Positions 1 to 9,368 are shown, counted from the stretch's first letter. The stretch is 64,000 nucleotides of DNA from Akkermansia sp. (GCA_030535875.1 JAUNRC010000001.1:23786-87785), one strand, 5' to 3'. Notes: generated by a model not told the origin, from the sequence alone. A program made the numbers and translations.

Positions 1-474
1 AACGTGGAGTACGTGCTCGGGCCGCGCAAATATCTGCTCTACTACCTCAGTTGCGGTGTGGCGGGAGCACTGTTCTCCTCCTTTCTGGCCGGACTGGGCA
101 TTTACAGCTCGCTGAGCGATTCGCCCCAAGCCGTCTTGTATGTCAATGCTCTGGTGGAACAGTTCACCGATTACAGCGGCATGGTACAACCCTGGCAGCT
201 CATCCCGATGATCGGAGCCTCGGCTGCGGTGTACGGCGTGATGGTCGCAGTGGCATTCCTTTACCCGCACATGCAGGTTTCTCTCCTCTTCCCGCCCGTA
301 ACCATGAAGTTGCGGACCTTTGCCATATTTGTCATCGGCATTGCCAGCGTGACCATCATTTTCAACCTGGACAATGCCGGTGGCGAAGCCGGGCACCTCG
401 GCGGTATCATACTGGGCATCATTATCATGTACATCCGGAACAAGAGAATTATCAGGAGCTACCGAGTGAGATGA
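1..474 (+). CDS. Rhomboid family intramembrane serine protease (5' end probably outside window)
   Basis: Hydrophobic ORF with GASAAVYG (GxS) and AGHLGG (catalytic His) motifs; frame is open to the window edge. Confidence 0.9.
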   Translation, partial: NVEYVLGPRKYLLYYLSCGVAGALFSSFLAGLGIYSSLSDSPQAVLYVNALVEQFTDYSGMVQPWQLIPMIGASAAVYGVMVAVAFLYPHMQVSLLFPPVTMKLRTFAIFVIGIASVTIIFNLDNAGGEAGHLGGIILGIIIMYIRNKRIIRSYRVR

Positions 475-1148
475 CAGCACTGTTTGACATGGACGGCACC
501 CTCTTTCCGGGGGATTCGCAGTTAAGGTTCTGCCGTTTGGTACTGCGGAGGCACGGTCTGCGGCGACTCTACCTGTTGGCCGTTGCACCCTGCGGCATAC
601 TGCGTGCGCTGCACATCTTCAACACCGAGCGCATGAAAAGAGCCTTTTTGGCCTACGCCTGGGGCATGAACATGAGCGAACTTCATCGGCTCTGTGAAGA
701 CTTCGTCCGTCAGGAAATCATCCCTGCCATTTACCCGGAAGTTCTCGAGCGCCTCCGCGCCCACCAACAAGCGGGTGATGTCACCGTGCTCTGCTCCGCC
801 TCTCCCGATTGGTGGACACAAATTGTCGGTCGGGAACTCGGCTTCACACACACCATCGGCACTCCCGTGAAAAATAGTGAGCGAGTGCCCTTCATGCCCC
901 ACATCCCCGCCCCCGGCAATAATAAAGGAGCCAACAAGCTCACACGCCTCGCCGCCATCGGCATACCCCACGCAGACATCGGCTACACGGACAGCGCCGC
1001 CGACTTGCCCATGCTCTCCATCTGCGACAGGGCCGTATTAATAAACCCGCGTGCTGCCTTTGCCGCACAAGTTCCGGGCGCGGAAGTTCTCACACCGCCC
1101 ATCGACCTGCCCCGAGCCTTTGTACTGCGCTGTGTGCTGGGGTGCTGA
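471..1148 (+). CDS. HAD-IB family hydrolase (phosphoserine-phosphatase-like)
   Basis: ATG at 471 overlaps rhomboid stop (ATGA); ALFDMDGTL motif I, CSAS motif II, GYTDSAADLPML motif IV. Confidence 0.88.
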   Translation: MTALFDMDGTLFPGDSQLRFCRLVLRRHGLRRLYLLAVAPCGILRALHIFNTERMKRAFLAYAWGMNMSELHRLCEDFVRQEIIPAIYPEVLERLRAHQQAGDVTVLCSASPDWWTQIVGRELGFTHTIGTPVKNSERVPFMPHIPAPGNNKGANKLTRLAAIGIPHADIGYTDSAADLPMLSICDRAVLINPRAAFAAQVPGAEVLTPPIDLPRAFVLRCVLGC

Positions 1149-1169
1149 GCGAACAGTTTTTCTAATTTC

Positions 1170-1197
1170 TTGCCCGTACCCGAGACTGTGGTACAGT
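1170..1197 (+). promoter_or_regulatory. Sigma70-type promoter, probably leaderless transcript
   Basis: TTGCCC-16-TACAGT with TGn extension; ATG 7 nt after the -10. Confidence 0.5.
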
Positions 1198-1204
1198 AAA
1201 AGGC

Positions 1205-2296
1205 ATGAATGCGAGAACTGCCCTGACAATACGCGACATCGAAATTCTCTTCCGGCCGTTCATTCACCGAAAGATTAAGCTCAACTCACGGCTGGTCATG
1301 GCTCCGCTGAGCCGCAACTTTGCAACAGAGGGCGTGCCTTCCCCCGAAATGGCGCACTACTACCGCCGCCGAGCGGCCCACGAACTGGGGCTCATCATCA
1401 GCGAGGGTGCCGTCATTGACGACCCGGCAGCCGCTGCCGACGAGTCCGCCCCGGCATTCTTCGGCGGTGCCGCGCTTCGGGCCTGGAAAAACATCTGCCG
1501 CGAAGTGCACGCCACAGGCTGCAAAATCATCCCCCAACTCACCCACGTCGGCATGGCTCGCCCCACAGACGGCAGCGCACCCAACCCGAACGAAGCGCCC
1601 ATCGGGCCATCCGGCATCGACCCCATCACCCTTCAGCAAACAGCCGCCCCCATGAGCCCAAGCCGCATCCGCGCTGTGATTGACTCCTTCGGCCGAGCCG
1701 CAGCGCATGCCCGCAATCTCGGGTTCGACGGGGTGGAGATACAAGGCGGCCAAGGCAGCTTAGTCGACCAGTTCCTCCGCGCCGCAACCAATCACCGCGA
1801 CGATGAGTACGGAGGAGATATCCCCCGCCGAGTAAGATTCGCCTGTGAAGTTGTGCATGCCGTTCGCAAGGCCGTCGGCAGCCGCCTGCCCGTCATCTTC
1901 CGCCTCTCACAAGAAAGCCCCGCACATGACGACACCCGCTTAGCACGCAGTGCCGACGAACTGGCCGAGTACATCATCCCCCTTACCGATGCGGGGGTCG
2001 ATATTTTCGACTGCTCATCATCTTCTTTCCATCACGCTGAGTTCAGCGGGAATCCCCGCACTCTGGCAGGCTGGGTGCGCTTTATCAGCGGCAAACCGGT
2101 CATCAGCACCGGCGGAGTCGGTTTGCCGGGCGCACCCATGCCTGCGCTATTGCAATTACTGATGGCCGAGGAGTTCGACCTCATTGCTGTGGGCAGAGCG
2201 TTAGTGGCGGATCACGCATGGGCAGAGAAAGTTCACAGCGGACGCGAAAGCGACATTATCCCCTTCACTCTCCATTCCTTCGGGCGTTTGCTCTGA
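1205..2296 (+). CDS. NADH:flavin oxidoreductase / Old Yellow Enzyme family, atypical active site
   Basis: RLVMAPLSR, YYRRRA, GFDGVEI, NHRDDEYGG, AVGRAL motifs; canonical HGAHGY reads QGGQGS. Confidence 0.88.
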   Translation: MNARTALTIRDIEILFRPFIHRKIKLNSRLVMAPLSRNFATEGVPSPEMAHYYRRRAAHELGLIISEGAVIDDPAAAADESAPAFFGGAALRAWKNICREVHATGCKIIPQLTHVGMARPTDGSAPNPNEAPIGPSGIDPITLQQTAAPMSPSRIRAVIDSFGRAAAHARNLGFDGVEIQGGQGSLVDQFLRAATNHRDDEYGGDIPRRVRFACEVVHAVRKAVGSRLPVIFRLSQESPAHDDTRLARSADELAEYIIPLTDAGVDIFDCSSSSFHHAEFSGNPRTLAGWVRFISGKPVISTGGVGLPGAPMPALLQLLMAEEFDLIAVGRALVADHAWAEKVHSGRESDIIPFTLHSFGRLL

Positions 2297-2324
2297 AAAA
2301 AATCGTCATGATACAAAAAAAGTC

Positions 2325-2352
2325 TTGCCATTCGGAGCCATCCGTGTATAAT
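2325..2352 (+). promoter_or_regulatory. Sigma70 promoter of tRNA-Gly
   Basis: TTGCCA(2325)-16-TATAAT(2347). Confidence 0.7.
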
Positions 2353-2392
2353 CAGCTCACCGACCGCGATACGGCGGACAGATTAACAATCT

Positions 2393-2464
2393 GCGGATGT
2401 AGCTCAGTGGTAGAGCGCAACCTTGCCAAGGTTGATGTCGTGGGTTCGAATCCCATCATCCGCT
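2393..2464 (+). tRNA. tRNA-Gly (anticodon GCC), CCA not encoded
   Basis: GCGGATG/CATCCGC acceptor stem, AGCTCAGTGGTAGAGC D arm, CAACC-TTGCCAA-GGTTG anticodon arm, GGTTCGAATCC T arm. Confidence 0.97.
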
Positions 2465-2470
2465 TACGAC

Positions 2471-2498
2471 AAAAGCCCCTCCGATGAGGGGCTTTTCT
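2471..2498 (+). terminator. Rho-independent terminator after tRNA
   Basis: AAAAGCCCCTC-CGAT-GAGGGGCTTTT hairpin. Confidence 0.8.
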
Positions 2499-2511
2499 CA
2501 TTGGAGCGTGT

Positions 2512-3609
2512 ATGCAGGAAGAAGAGCCAGCTTACCTCAGCACACAACTTATCACCTATCTGGGTAATAAGCGGCGACTGCTCCCCCTCATCGGCAAAGG
2601 AGTACAGGAAGTACAACATCGGCTGGGTGGACGCAAACTGAGGATTTTCGATGCATTCTCCGGTTCGGGCGTGGTGAGCCGCTACCTGAAGCAGTACAGC
2701 TATGAGCTTTTCAGCAATGATTTGGAGCACTACTCCCGGGTGCTCAATCTCTGCTACCTGACCAACCGCAGCGCGGCTGCTGCACTACACCTGCCGGACA
2801 TCCACCGCGAATTGCTCCGAAATATCCGCGACGAGCTCCGCCCGGGGCTCATTGCAGAGCTCTATGCACCGCAGGATGATAAGGACATTCAGCCCGGCGA
2901 GCGAGTCTTCTATACCCGGCGCAATGCCATCTTTCTCGATAGCGCCCGTCAAGCCATTGCCCGACTGCCGGAAGAACTTCAGCCCTACTTCCTTGCTCCC
3001 CTGCTCAGCGAGGCCTCCATCCACACGAACACCTCCGGAGTTTTCAAAGGCTTTTACAAGAACAAATCCGGGGTCGGCCAATTCGGCGGTAGCGGTAACA
3101 ACGCCCTGCAACGCATATTGACGGACATCGAGCTCCCCCTCCCGATATTCTCCCGCTTCGAGTGCGATTACCACGTCCTTCAGGAAGATGCCACAGCCGC
3201 CGCCCGTCACCTGCCGGAGCTGGACCTTGCTTACCTCGACCCTCCCTACAACCAGCACCCCTACGCCTCAAACTATTTCATGCTTAATTTCCTGCTGAAA
3301 TATGAGCGCCCCGGGCAAATGTCAGTCGTCTCGGGCATACCCCGCGACTGGAACCGCTCTGCCTACAACACCCGACATCTGGCAGCCCGCACCCTCAAAG
3401 AGCTCCTGAGCACCATCCCGGCACCTTACATCCTGCTCTCCTACAATTCCGAGGGCTTCATTACCCCCGAGCACATGCAGCAACTCCTTGCTGACGAATG
3501 GAAAACCGAGTGCATGCAGCAAGACTACGCCACCTTCCGCGGGTGCCGCAATCTTCGCAACCGACCCTTAAAAGTTAAGGAATTCCTCTACCTTTTAGAA
3601 CGTCGCTGA
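2512..3609 (+). CDS. Orphan N6-adenine DNA methyltransferase (Dam/D12 class)
   Basis: YLGNKRRLL, DAFSGSGVVS (SAM-binding motif I), YLDPPY (motif IV), LLSYNSEG. Confidence 0.9.
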   Translation: MQEEEPAYLSTQLITYLGNKRRLLPLIGKGVQEVQHRLGGRKLRIFDAFSGSGVVSRYLKQYSYELFSNDLEHYSRVLNLCYLTNRSAAAALHLPDIHRELLRNIRDELRPGLIAELYAPQDDKDIQPGERVFYTRRNAIFLDSARQAIARLPEELQPYFLAPLLSEASIHTNTSGVFKGFYKNKSGVGQFGGSGNNALQRILTDIELPLPIFSRFECDYHVLQEDATAAARHLPELDLAYLDPPYNQHPYASNYFMLNFLLKYERPGQMSVVSGIPRDWNRSAYNTRHLAARTLKELLSTIPAPYILLSYNSEGFITPEHMQQLLADEWKTECMQQDYATFRGCRNLRNRPLKVKEFLYLLERR

Positions 3610-3827
3610 TGTTGCAGCTTTGGCACAGTCGCCGCCATGCCTGCATTTTTGCTGACAATTTCAGCCGCTCATGATTAGATAGTAACGGCAAGAGCGACGG
3701 AGCGACAATCAATTCCGACTTTCAGCGGAACTGCCTCTTCCCGCCACACGGCCCGACCCCGCATGGGCAATCCTCAGCAGCCGATTTGCCGCTTTACTGC
3801 TAAACTAACATTATTATTCTCACCAAC

Positions 3828-4739
3828 ATGGCTGAAATCACACAGAATTACCAGATTAAGTACAGCGAAAAATGGGGCTCCTACCTCCAGCAGGAAGCCT
3901 CGCGACTGGAGAAATACGTCACCGTCGAATCGGGCCTGAGCGGCAAGATGGTAGCATTCGACCAGTACGGCCTACTCTCATTCAATGAAAAGAAGGAGCG
4001 CATGCAGGCAACGGCACTCGATGAGGCACCCACCACCCGCCGTGTGCTCTACCCGCGCATTTTCTCCAAGGCAATCGGCTTCGATGAGTTCGATGCCAAG
4101 AAACTCGCCAACATCGACGTACCCGTCAGCAAGACCATCGAAGGTCTGCGGGCCGCAGCCGGTCGCTGCATGGACAATGTCATGCTCGACAGCTTCCTCG
4201 GTACCTGCTACGTCGGAGAAAACGGTACGGACCCCGTCGATTTCGACGAGAACCAAATCATCGACACCGACTTCGTTGAGAGCGGTACCGCCGTAACAAC
4301 CGACCTCACCATCGGCAAACTGCGCAAGGCTCTCGCCATGCTCCAGAAAGCTGAAGCATGGAACGAAGAGCGCCGCGCTTACGGCGATGAGCTCGTGCTG
4401 GCTTGCAGCAGCTCGCAGATTGCCTCGCTCCTCAAGGAGCCCGAGGTCGGCAGCTTCGATTACAACACCGCAAGAGCCCTCGCAGAAGGCAAGATTGAGA
4501 GCTTCCTCGGCTTCCGCATTATCCGCACCGAGCAGCTCCCCATCGATGAAAACGGTGTGCGCAGTTGCCTGGCATGGGTCAAGAGCAAGGCTCAGTTCGG
4601 TCTGTGGGAGGACTTCAAGGTCAAGCTCTCCGTACGCGATGACCTCGATGAAGCCCTGCAAATTCGCGCCAAGTTCGCCTGTGGTGCCACCCGCTTGCAG
4701 GAAGAGGCCTTCGTCAAGATTCTCTGTAAAGAAATCTGA
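3828..4739 (+). CDS. Phage major capsid protein-like (HK97-fold, podovirus-type), solitary
   Basis: 303 aa with N-terminal LQQEASRL, AAAGRCMD, DYNTARALAEGKIESFLGFRII and C-terminal GATRLQEE, typical of the Phage_capsid_2-like family (recognised from motifs). Confidence 0.82.
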   Translation: MAEITQNYQIKYSEKWGSYLQQEASRLEKYVTVESGLSGKMVAFDQYGLLSFNEKKERMQATALDEAPTTRRVLYPRIFSKAIGFDEFDAKKLANIDVPVSKTIEGLRAAAGRCMDNVMLDSFLGTCYVGENGTDPVDFDENQIIDTDFVESGTAVTTDLTIGKLRKALAMLQKAEAWNEERRAYGDELVLACSSSQIASLLKEPEVGSFDYNTARALAEGKIESFLGFRIIRTEQLPIDENGVRSCLAWVKSKAQFGLWEDFKVKLSVRDDLDEALQIRAKFACGATRLQEEAFVKILCKEI

Positions 4740-4774
4740 GAATCGCTGAACCTTCTTTGATTTATCAATTATCG

Positions 4775-4810
4775 TTCCCCTGTGCCCTCTGTCGGTACAG
4801 GGGAATTTTA
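4775..4810 (+). terminator. Rho-independent terminator after capsid gene
   Basis: TTCCCCTGTGCC...GGTACAGGGGAA-TTTT. Confidence 0.75.
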
Positions 4811-4911
4811 TTGTCTATGTTTTTTGTAGGTTATCACGGCATAACACGTACCGAAGCAAAAAAGAAATTCGACAAAGGGTCAAAAATATGGTAAAAGAAA
4901 CGCCATAAGAT

Positions 4912-7900
4912 ATGAACAGCACGAACACAACCTCTGCCCTGATGGGGCTGGCCATGGCTGCCATGCCGACATTCGCACAGGCACCTGCCGCCGTAACGGA
5001 ACAGCAGACGGCCATGCAGACAAGCGCAGCCGAACAACAGGAGCTTGTACAAGACCCGCAACTGATAAGCGGCAAACTACCCAACGGGCTCAGCTACCTC
5101 ATCCGTCCTACCAAGGAGCCGGCCGGTCGCGCCAGTGTGCGTCTGTATGTAAAAACCGGCTCTCTTGACGAGCAAAAAGAAAGCAGCGGCATATCTCACT
5201 TTATCGAACACATGGTCTTTAACGGCAGCCGAAACTTCGAGCGAGGTGAGCTCATACCGACCATGCAAAAACTCGGGCTCGGGTTCGGCGGCGATGCCAA
5301 TGCCTACACATCGCTCACCCACACGGTCTACATGCTCGACCTGCCCAATCTCAAAGAAGAGACGGTAAACTTCGCACTCACCATTATGAGAGATTTCGCT
5401 GATGGTGCCAAATTGGAAGACGAAGCGATTGACCACGAGCGGGGCATCATCGTCAGCGAGCTCAAGAGCCGCGACTCCGAGAGCTATCGTGCCATGATCG
5501 GTATGCTGGGCCAACTGACGGAAGGTACCCGTCTGGCGGATTACATGCCCATCGGTCGGGAGGAAGTGATTCGCCATGCCCCCTACGAACTCTTCCGTAA
5601 GTACTACCGCGAGAATTACGTCCCTGAGCGCATGACTCTCATCCTTACCGGCGACTTCGACCCCGCCACAGCCGAAAATTGGGTAAAAAACCACTTCAGC
5701 AGCATGACCGCCACACCGGCTCCTGCCCGCCCCGACAACGGCACGCTGAGCAACCCCGGCCCGAGCGAACGATTACTTCCCAATCGTGAGCAGGCCACGG
5801 TAAGCCTCATGGCCGCTACCGCCAATCCCTGGAAATATGAGAAGGACACGCTGGCCCAACGAGTCGCAGACTTCCCGCTCGAATTGGCCTGTGACATGCT
5901 GAACCGCCGTCTCAGCCGCATCTCCCAGCAGGCGGACGCCCCCTTCCACAACGCCTCAATAGAAGAAAATGACTACTTTGATTTGGTGACAGTCTTCGGC
6001 TTCTCCATCACTGCCGAACCCACCAAGTGGCAGGAAGCCCTCAACCGCACGGAACAGGAACTGCGCAAGGCCATTCAGTACGGATTTGAAGAGCACGAGT
6101 ACCGGGAGTCGCTCTCCAACCTCGCCTCCCGCATCAACCATGCCATCAAGTCATGGGAGACCGTTCAGGCCCCCACTCTCGCCAAGCAACTGGTTGACAG
6201 CATAACCGACCGCCACCTGCCCACCACCCCGGCTGAGGACATGAAGGTACTCAAAGCCGCTCTCGATTACATCTCCGCCAACCCCGATTGCTGCCGTGCA
6301 GCCCTCGAAGCCGCCTTTGACTACAAGCGCACCAAGCTCACCATGTCCGGCTCCGTTCCGGAAGGCATGACAGAGGCCGCCCTGCGCTCCGCCTTTGACC
6401 AATCAGTGGCCACTACGGTAGAGAAGCCCCAACTGCGCGCAGCCAAGCCCTTTGCCTACGACAAAATCGGAGAACCCGGTCACATCCTGGAAAAAGAATA
6501 CATTGCCGACCTCGATGTCACCACCATCACCCTTTCCAACGGAGTACGGGTGAACCTCAAGCCCGTTGACTTCCGCAAAGGCGGGCTGACCGTATCGGCT
6601 GCCGTGGACGGCGGCACCATGCTCATGCCGATTAAGCCGGGGCTGAACATGGTCATCGACAACGTCATGCAATTAAGCGCCCTTGCCGAACACGATTTGG
6701 ACGAGCTCAAGCGCATCATGCTCGGTCACAATGTCGACCTCAACTTCGGCATGAGCGACCGCCGCTTCGTCTTCTCCGGCGGCACCACTCAGGACGACTT
6801 GGAATTACAGTGTAAGCTTATCATCGCCAATATCCTGCACCCCGGTTACCGCCCCGAGGCCATCTCACTGCTGCACCGTAAATTACCCGGACTCTACCGC
6901 CGCCTGAGCACCACACCGAACGGAGCTTATGCCATTCAATCCGCCCGTGCACTCTATGGGGATGATCCCCGCTTCAACGTCCCCTCACAGGAAGAGGTAA
7001 TGGCCATCACGATTGATGATGTAAAGGCGGCCATGGAGCCGCACCTGCAGAACGGAGCCATCGAAGTCACCTTAGTGGGCGACTTCGATTTGGAAAAAAC
7101 GCTGCCTGTACTGGAGCGCACCTTCGGTGCCATGCCTGCACGTCGTCAAGAGTTCACCGAACCGAGCCCCGAGCAGCGTACCATCAATTACCAAGCCTGG
7201 GGCCAGCGCAAATTCTTCGCTTACCCCACCGAGCTCGACAAAACCATCGTCACGCAGGTACGCCCCGCCGGTAACGGCATGGACCGTCACCGCAATCGTC
7301 GCCTGAGCGTACTGAGCTCCATTGCCCGAGCCAAACTCTTCGACGGCATCCGTGCCGAAATGGGCGAAACCTACTCCCCCTCCGTGCGACTGGACATCAA
7401 CCAGGAGTACGAAGGAGCTGCCACCATCACCACAGCCAGCGCCGGAGTGAAAGCTAATCGCGAAAAAGTCAATGCAGCAATGGACTGCATCCTCACCTCC
7501 ATCGGCAATGGCGACATCTCGCAGAGCGACTTTGACTGCGCCATCCGGCCCATCATCGCAACGGCAGAGAAGAGTTTGCGGCAAAACTCCTTCTGGTGCA
7601 GCAGTCTGGCCGGTTTCCAGAGTGACCCTGAACAGGCGGGGCTCATCCGCGACCTGCTGCCGGATCTGCGTTCCATAACCTTGGATGAAATCCGCGAGCT
7701 CGCCCGTGAGGTATTCGGCAAGAACAATGCCAACTTCTTCTTCACCGTACCGGAAGACGGTGTACCTGCTGCGCCGACTGCGGAAGAACCATCGGCTCCG
7801 GCTGAACAAGCCGCCATGCTCCCCCCTACGGTAGCCGCTGCACCGACTGAAGAAGGTGCAGCGGCCCCCGAAAACAAGCTGAACTACACCATCGTCACCA

Positions 7901-9291
7901 CACAGGCAACCTACAATCTGCCCGAGTGGAAGGCTGTCGCACAGGCTCTTGCCGACAAATATCCCGGTGCCGAAATCGCCGTGCTACCGGCATTAACCGA
8001 GGACGTTCTGTCAAATGCCCTGCGCAGCGCCTCAGCCCGCTACGCCGGGCTCGTACTGCGCCCCGAAGAAATCAACCGTGTAACCATCAACAACCTGCAC
8101 CGCGCCGCGCGCAAGGTTGACGATGACCCTTGGGGTGACTGCATATGGGGTATCATCACCGGTTACAGCGCAAACGATGCTCTGCGCATAGCCCGCACGA
8201 AAGAGCCGCTCGTCATCAGCCGCCTGCTGGGTACCACCAATGTCGGCTGGCACCCCTTCGAGTACAGTTGCTGTATAACCGACTGGACCGGCTCTCCCGT
8301 ACTGGAACAGGAAGGAGGCAAGGAACCCACATCCACCCTCTACGGGCCGGACACACCGGAAGGTCGCGACGGCCTGCAAGACATCTTCGCACAGCGCCTG
8401 AGCAAAACCCGCCCGCAACTGGTGGTCACCTCCAGTCATGCTACGCAGTTTAACCTCGAAATGCCCTTCTCCCGCGGACTGATATTCCCGGCGCAAAATC
8501 GTTACTACCGGGTCACTCAATCTCAGGTGAGGAACTTCTCCAGAACGCTCAGAGCCGCCAATCGGGGAAAAACCGCTGAACTTGCAGCTCTGGCCAAAAC
8601 ACTCAACAGCCCTGCCATCGAACCGGACGGTCAACCCCGTGTATGGCTGGCCGCAGGCAACTGCCTGTTCGGAGATGCCCGCAATACCACCGAAAGCATG
8701 GTCATAACCGCCCTCTCCGCCTATACCTGCAATCAGGTCGTAGGTTACACCGTTCCCTCATGGTACGGAGCCGGCGGCTGGGGTACCCTCAGCGCCTTTG
8801 TTGACAGCTCGGAGCAGCTCCCGCTGGCTCAGGCATGGTACCTCAACAATCAGTTCATTCTGCACAACAGCATAAAGATTGACCCCAAGTTGCTCGATAT
8901 CCGCTTTAACGGTGAAAATCTCGATTACCGCTTTCAAATGGATATTTTCAACTCCGGAGCCAATGTCACACAAAAGAACTACAAGGATGTCCTCGGTCTG
9001 GTTTATGACCGCGATGTCGTTGCATTCTACGGCGACCCGGCATGGTCTGCTACCATCGACAGTTCTCGCTCCCGCAGACCCTTCATCGTCGAATGGAAAG
9101 ATGCCAAAACATTCACCGTCACGGCCACCCGCTCTCATAAAGGGCGCCTCGGAGTATGGTTCCCCACCGCCGCCACCGGCAAAAATGCCGGCGGTTGCGA
9201 CGCGCCGGATGCCGTCTTCACCAACGACTTCATCCTCTTCCCGGAACTGGAGCTCAAGGAAGGTGAAAGCCGTACCGTGACCATTCGCTGA
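4912..9291 (+). CDS. Secreted M16 (insulinase/PqqL-like) zinc peptidase with Pro/Ala linker and an extra ~470-aa C-terminal domain
   Basis: Signal peptide; GKLPNGL, GSLDE, HFIEH (HxxEH), NAYTS, ERGIIVSE; second M16 half starts at TLSNGVRV. Confidence 0.9.
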   Translation: MNSTNTTSALMGLAMAAMPTFAQAPAAVTEQQTAMQTSAAEQQELVQDPQLISGKLPNGLSYLIRPTKEPAGRASVRLYVKTGSLDEQKESSGISHFIEHMVFNGSRNFERGELIPTMQKLGLGFGGDANAYTSLTHTVYMLDLPNLKEETVNFALTIMRDFADGAKLEDEAIDHERGIIVSELKSRDSESYRAMIGMLGQLTEGTRLADYMPIGREEVIRHAPYELFRKYYRENYVPERMTLILTGDFDPATAENWVKNHFSSMTATPAPARPDNGTLSNPGPSERLLPNREQATVSLMAATANPWKYEKDTLAQRVADFPLELACDMLNRRLSRISQQADAPFHNASIEENDYFDLVTVFGFSITAEPTKWQEALNRTEQELRKAIQYGFEEHEYRESLSNLASRINHAIKSWETVQAPTLAKQLVDSITDRHLPTTPAEDMKVLKAALDYISANPDCCRAALEAAFDYKRTKLTMSGSVPEGMTEAALRSAFDQSVATTVEKPQLRAAKPFAYDKIGEPGHILEKEYIADLDVTTITLSNGVRVNLKPVDFRKGGLTVSAAVDGGTMLMPIKPGLNMVIDNVMQLSALAEHDLDELKRIMLGHNVDLNFGMSDRRFVFSGGTTQDDLELQCKLIIANILHPGYRPEAISLLHRKLPGLYRRLSTTPNGAYAIQSARALYGDDPRFNVPSQEEVMAITIDDVKAAMEPHLQNGAIEVTLVGDFDLEKTLPVLERTFGAMPARRQEFTEPSPEQRTINYQAWGQRKFFAYPTELDKTIVTQVRPAGNGMDRHRNRRLSVLSSIARAKLFDGIRAEMGETYSPSVRLDINQEYEGAATITTASAGVKANREKVNAAMDCILTSIGNGDISQSDFDCAIRPIIATAEKSLRQNSFWCSSLAGFQSDPEQAGLIRDLLPDLRSITLDEIRELAREVFGKNNANFFFTVPEDGVPAAPTAEEPSAPAEQAAMLPPTVAAAPTEEGAAAPENKLNYTIVTTQATYNLPEWKAVAQALADKYPGAEIAVLPALTEDVLSNALRSASARYAGLVLRPEEINRVTINNLHRAARKVDDDPWGDCIWGIITGYSANDALRIARTKEPLVISRLLGTTNVGWHPFEYSCCITDWTGSPVLEQEGGKEPTSTLYGPDTPEGRDGLQDIFAQRLSKTRPQLVVTSSHATQFNLEMPFSRGLIFPAQNRYYRVTQSQVRNFSRTLRAANRGKTAELAALAKTLNSPAIEPDGQPRVWLAAGNCLFGDARNTTESMVITALSAYTCNQVVGYTVPSWYGAGGWGTLSAFVDSSEQLPLAQAWYLNNQFILHNSIKIDPKLLDIRFNGENLDYRFQMDIFNSGANVTQKNYKDVLGLVYDRDVVAFYGDPAWSATIDSSRSRRPFIVEWKDAKTFTVTATRSHKGRLGVWFPTAATGKNAGGCDAPDAVFTNDFILFPELELKEGESRTVTIR

Positions 9292-9309
9292 TATTCCGAC
9301 ACCGTTCAC

Positions 9310-9358
9310 AAAAAAAGCCGAGCGCGCGAGGCCAACTCGTGCGCTTAGTTTTTTTATT
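9310..9358. terminator. Bidirectional terminator
   Basis: A-run, AGCGCGCGAG-GCCAA-CTCGTGCGCT hairpin, T-run between convergent genes. Confidence 0.65.
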
Positions 9359-9368
9359 ACGACGAAAA

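Noticed and set aside
51-470. N-terminal extension of the 365-aa ORF 51..1148
   Set aside because: Overlaps the rhomboid gene; the HAD motif begins right after ATG 471, which is coupled to the rhomboid stop
3621-3640. TGGCAC upstream of the capsid gene as a sigma-54 promoter
   Set aside because: The -12 element lacks the consensus TTGC (reads CCGC); too weak to call
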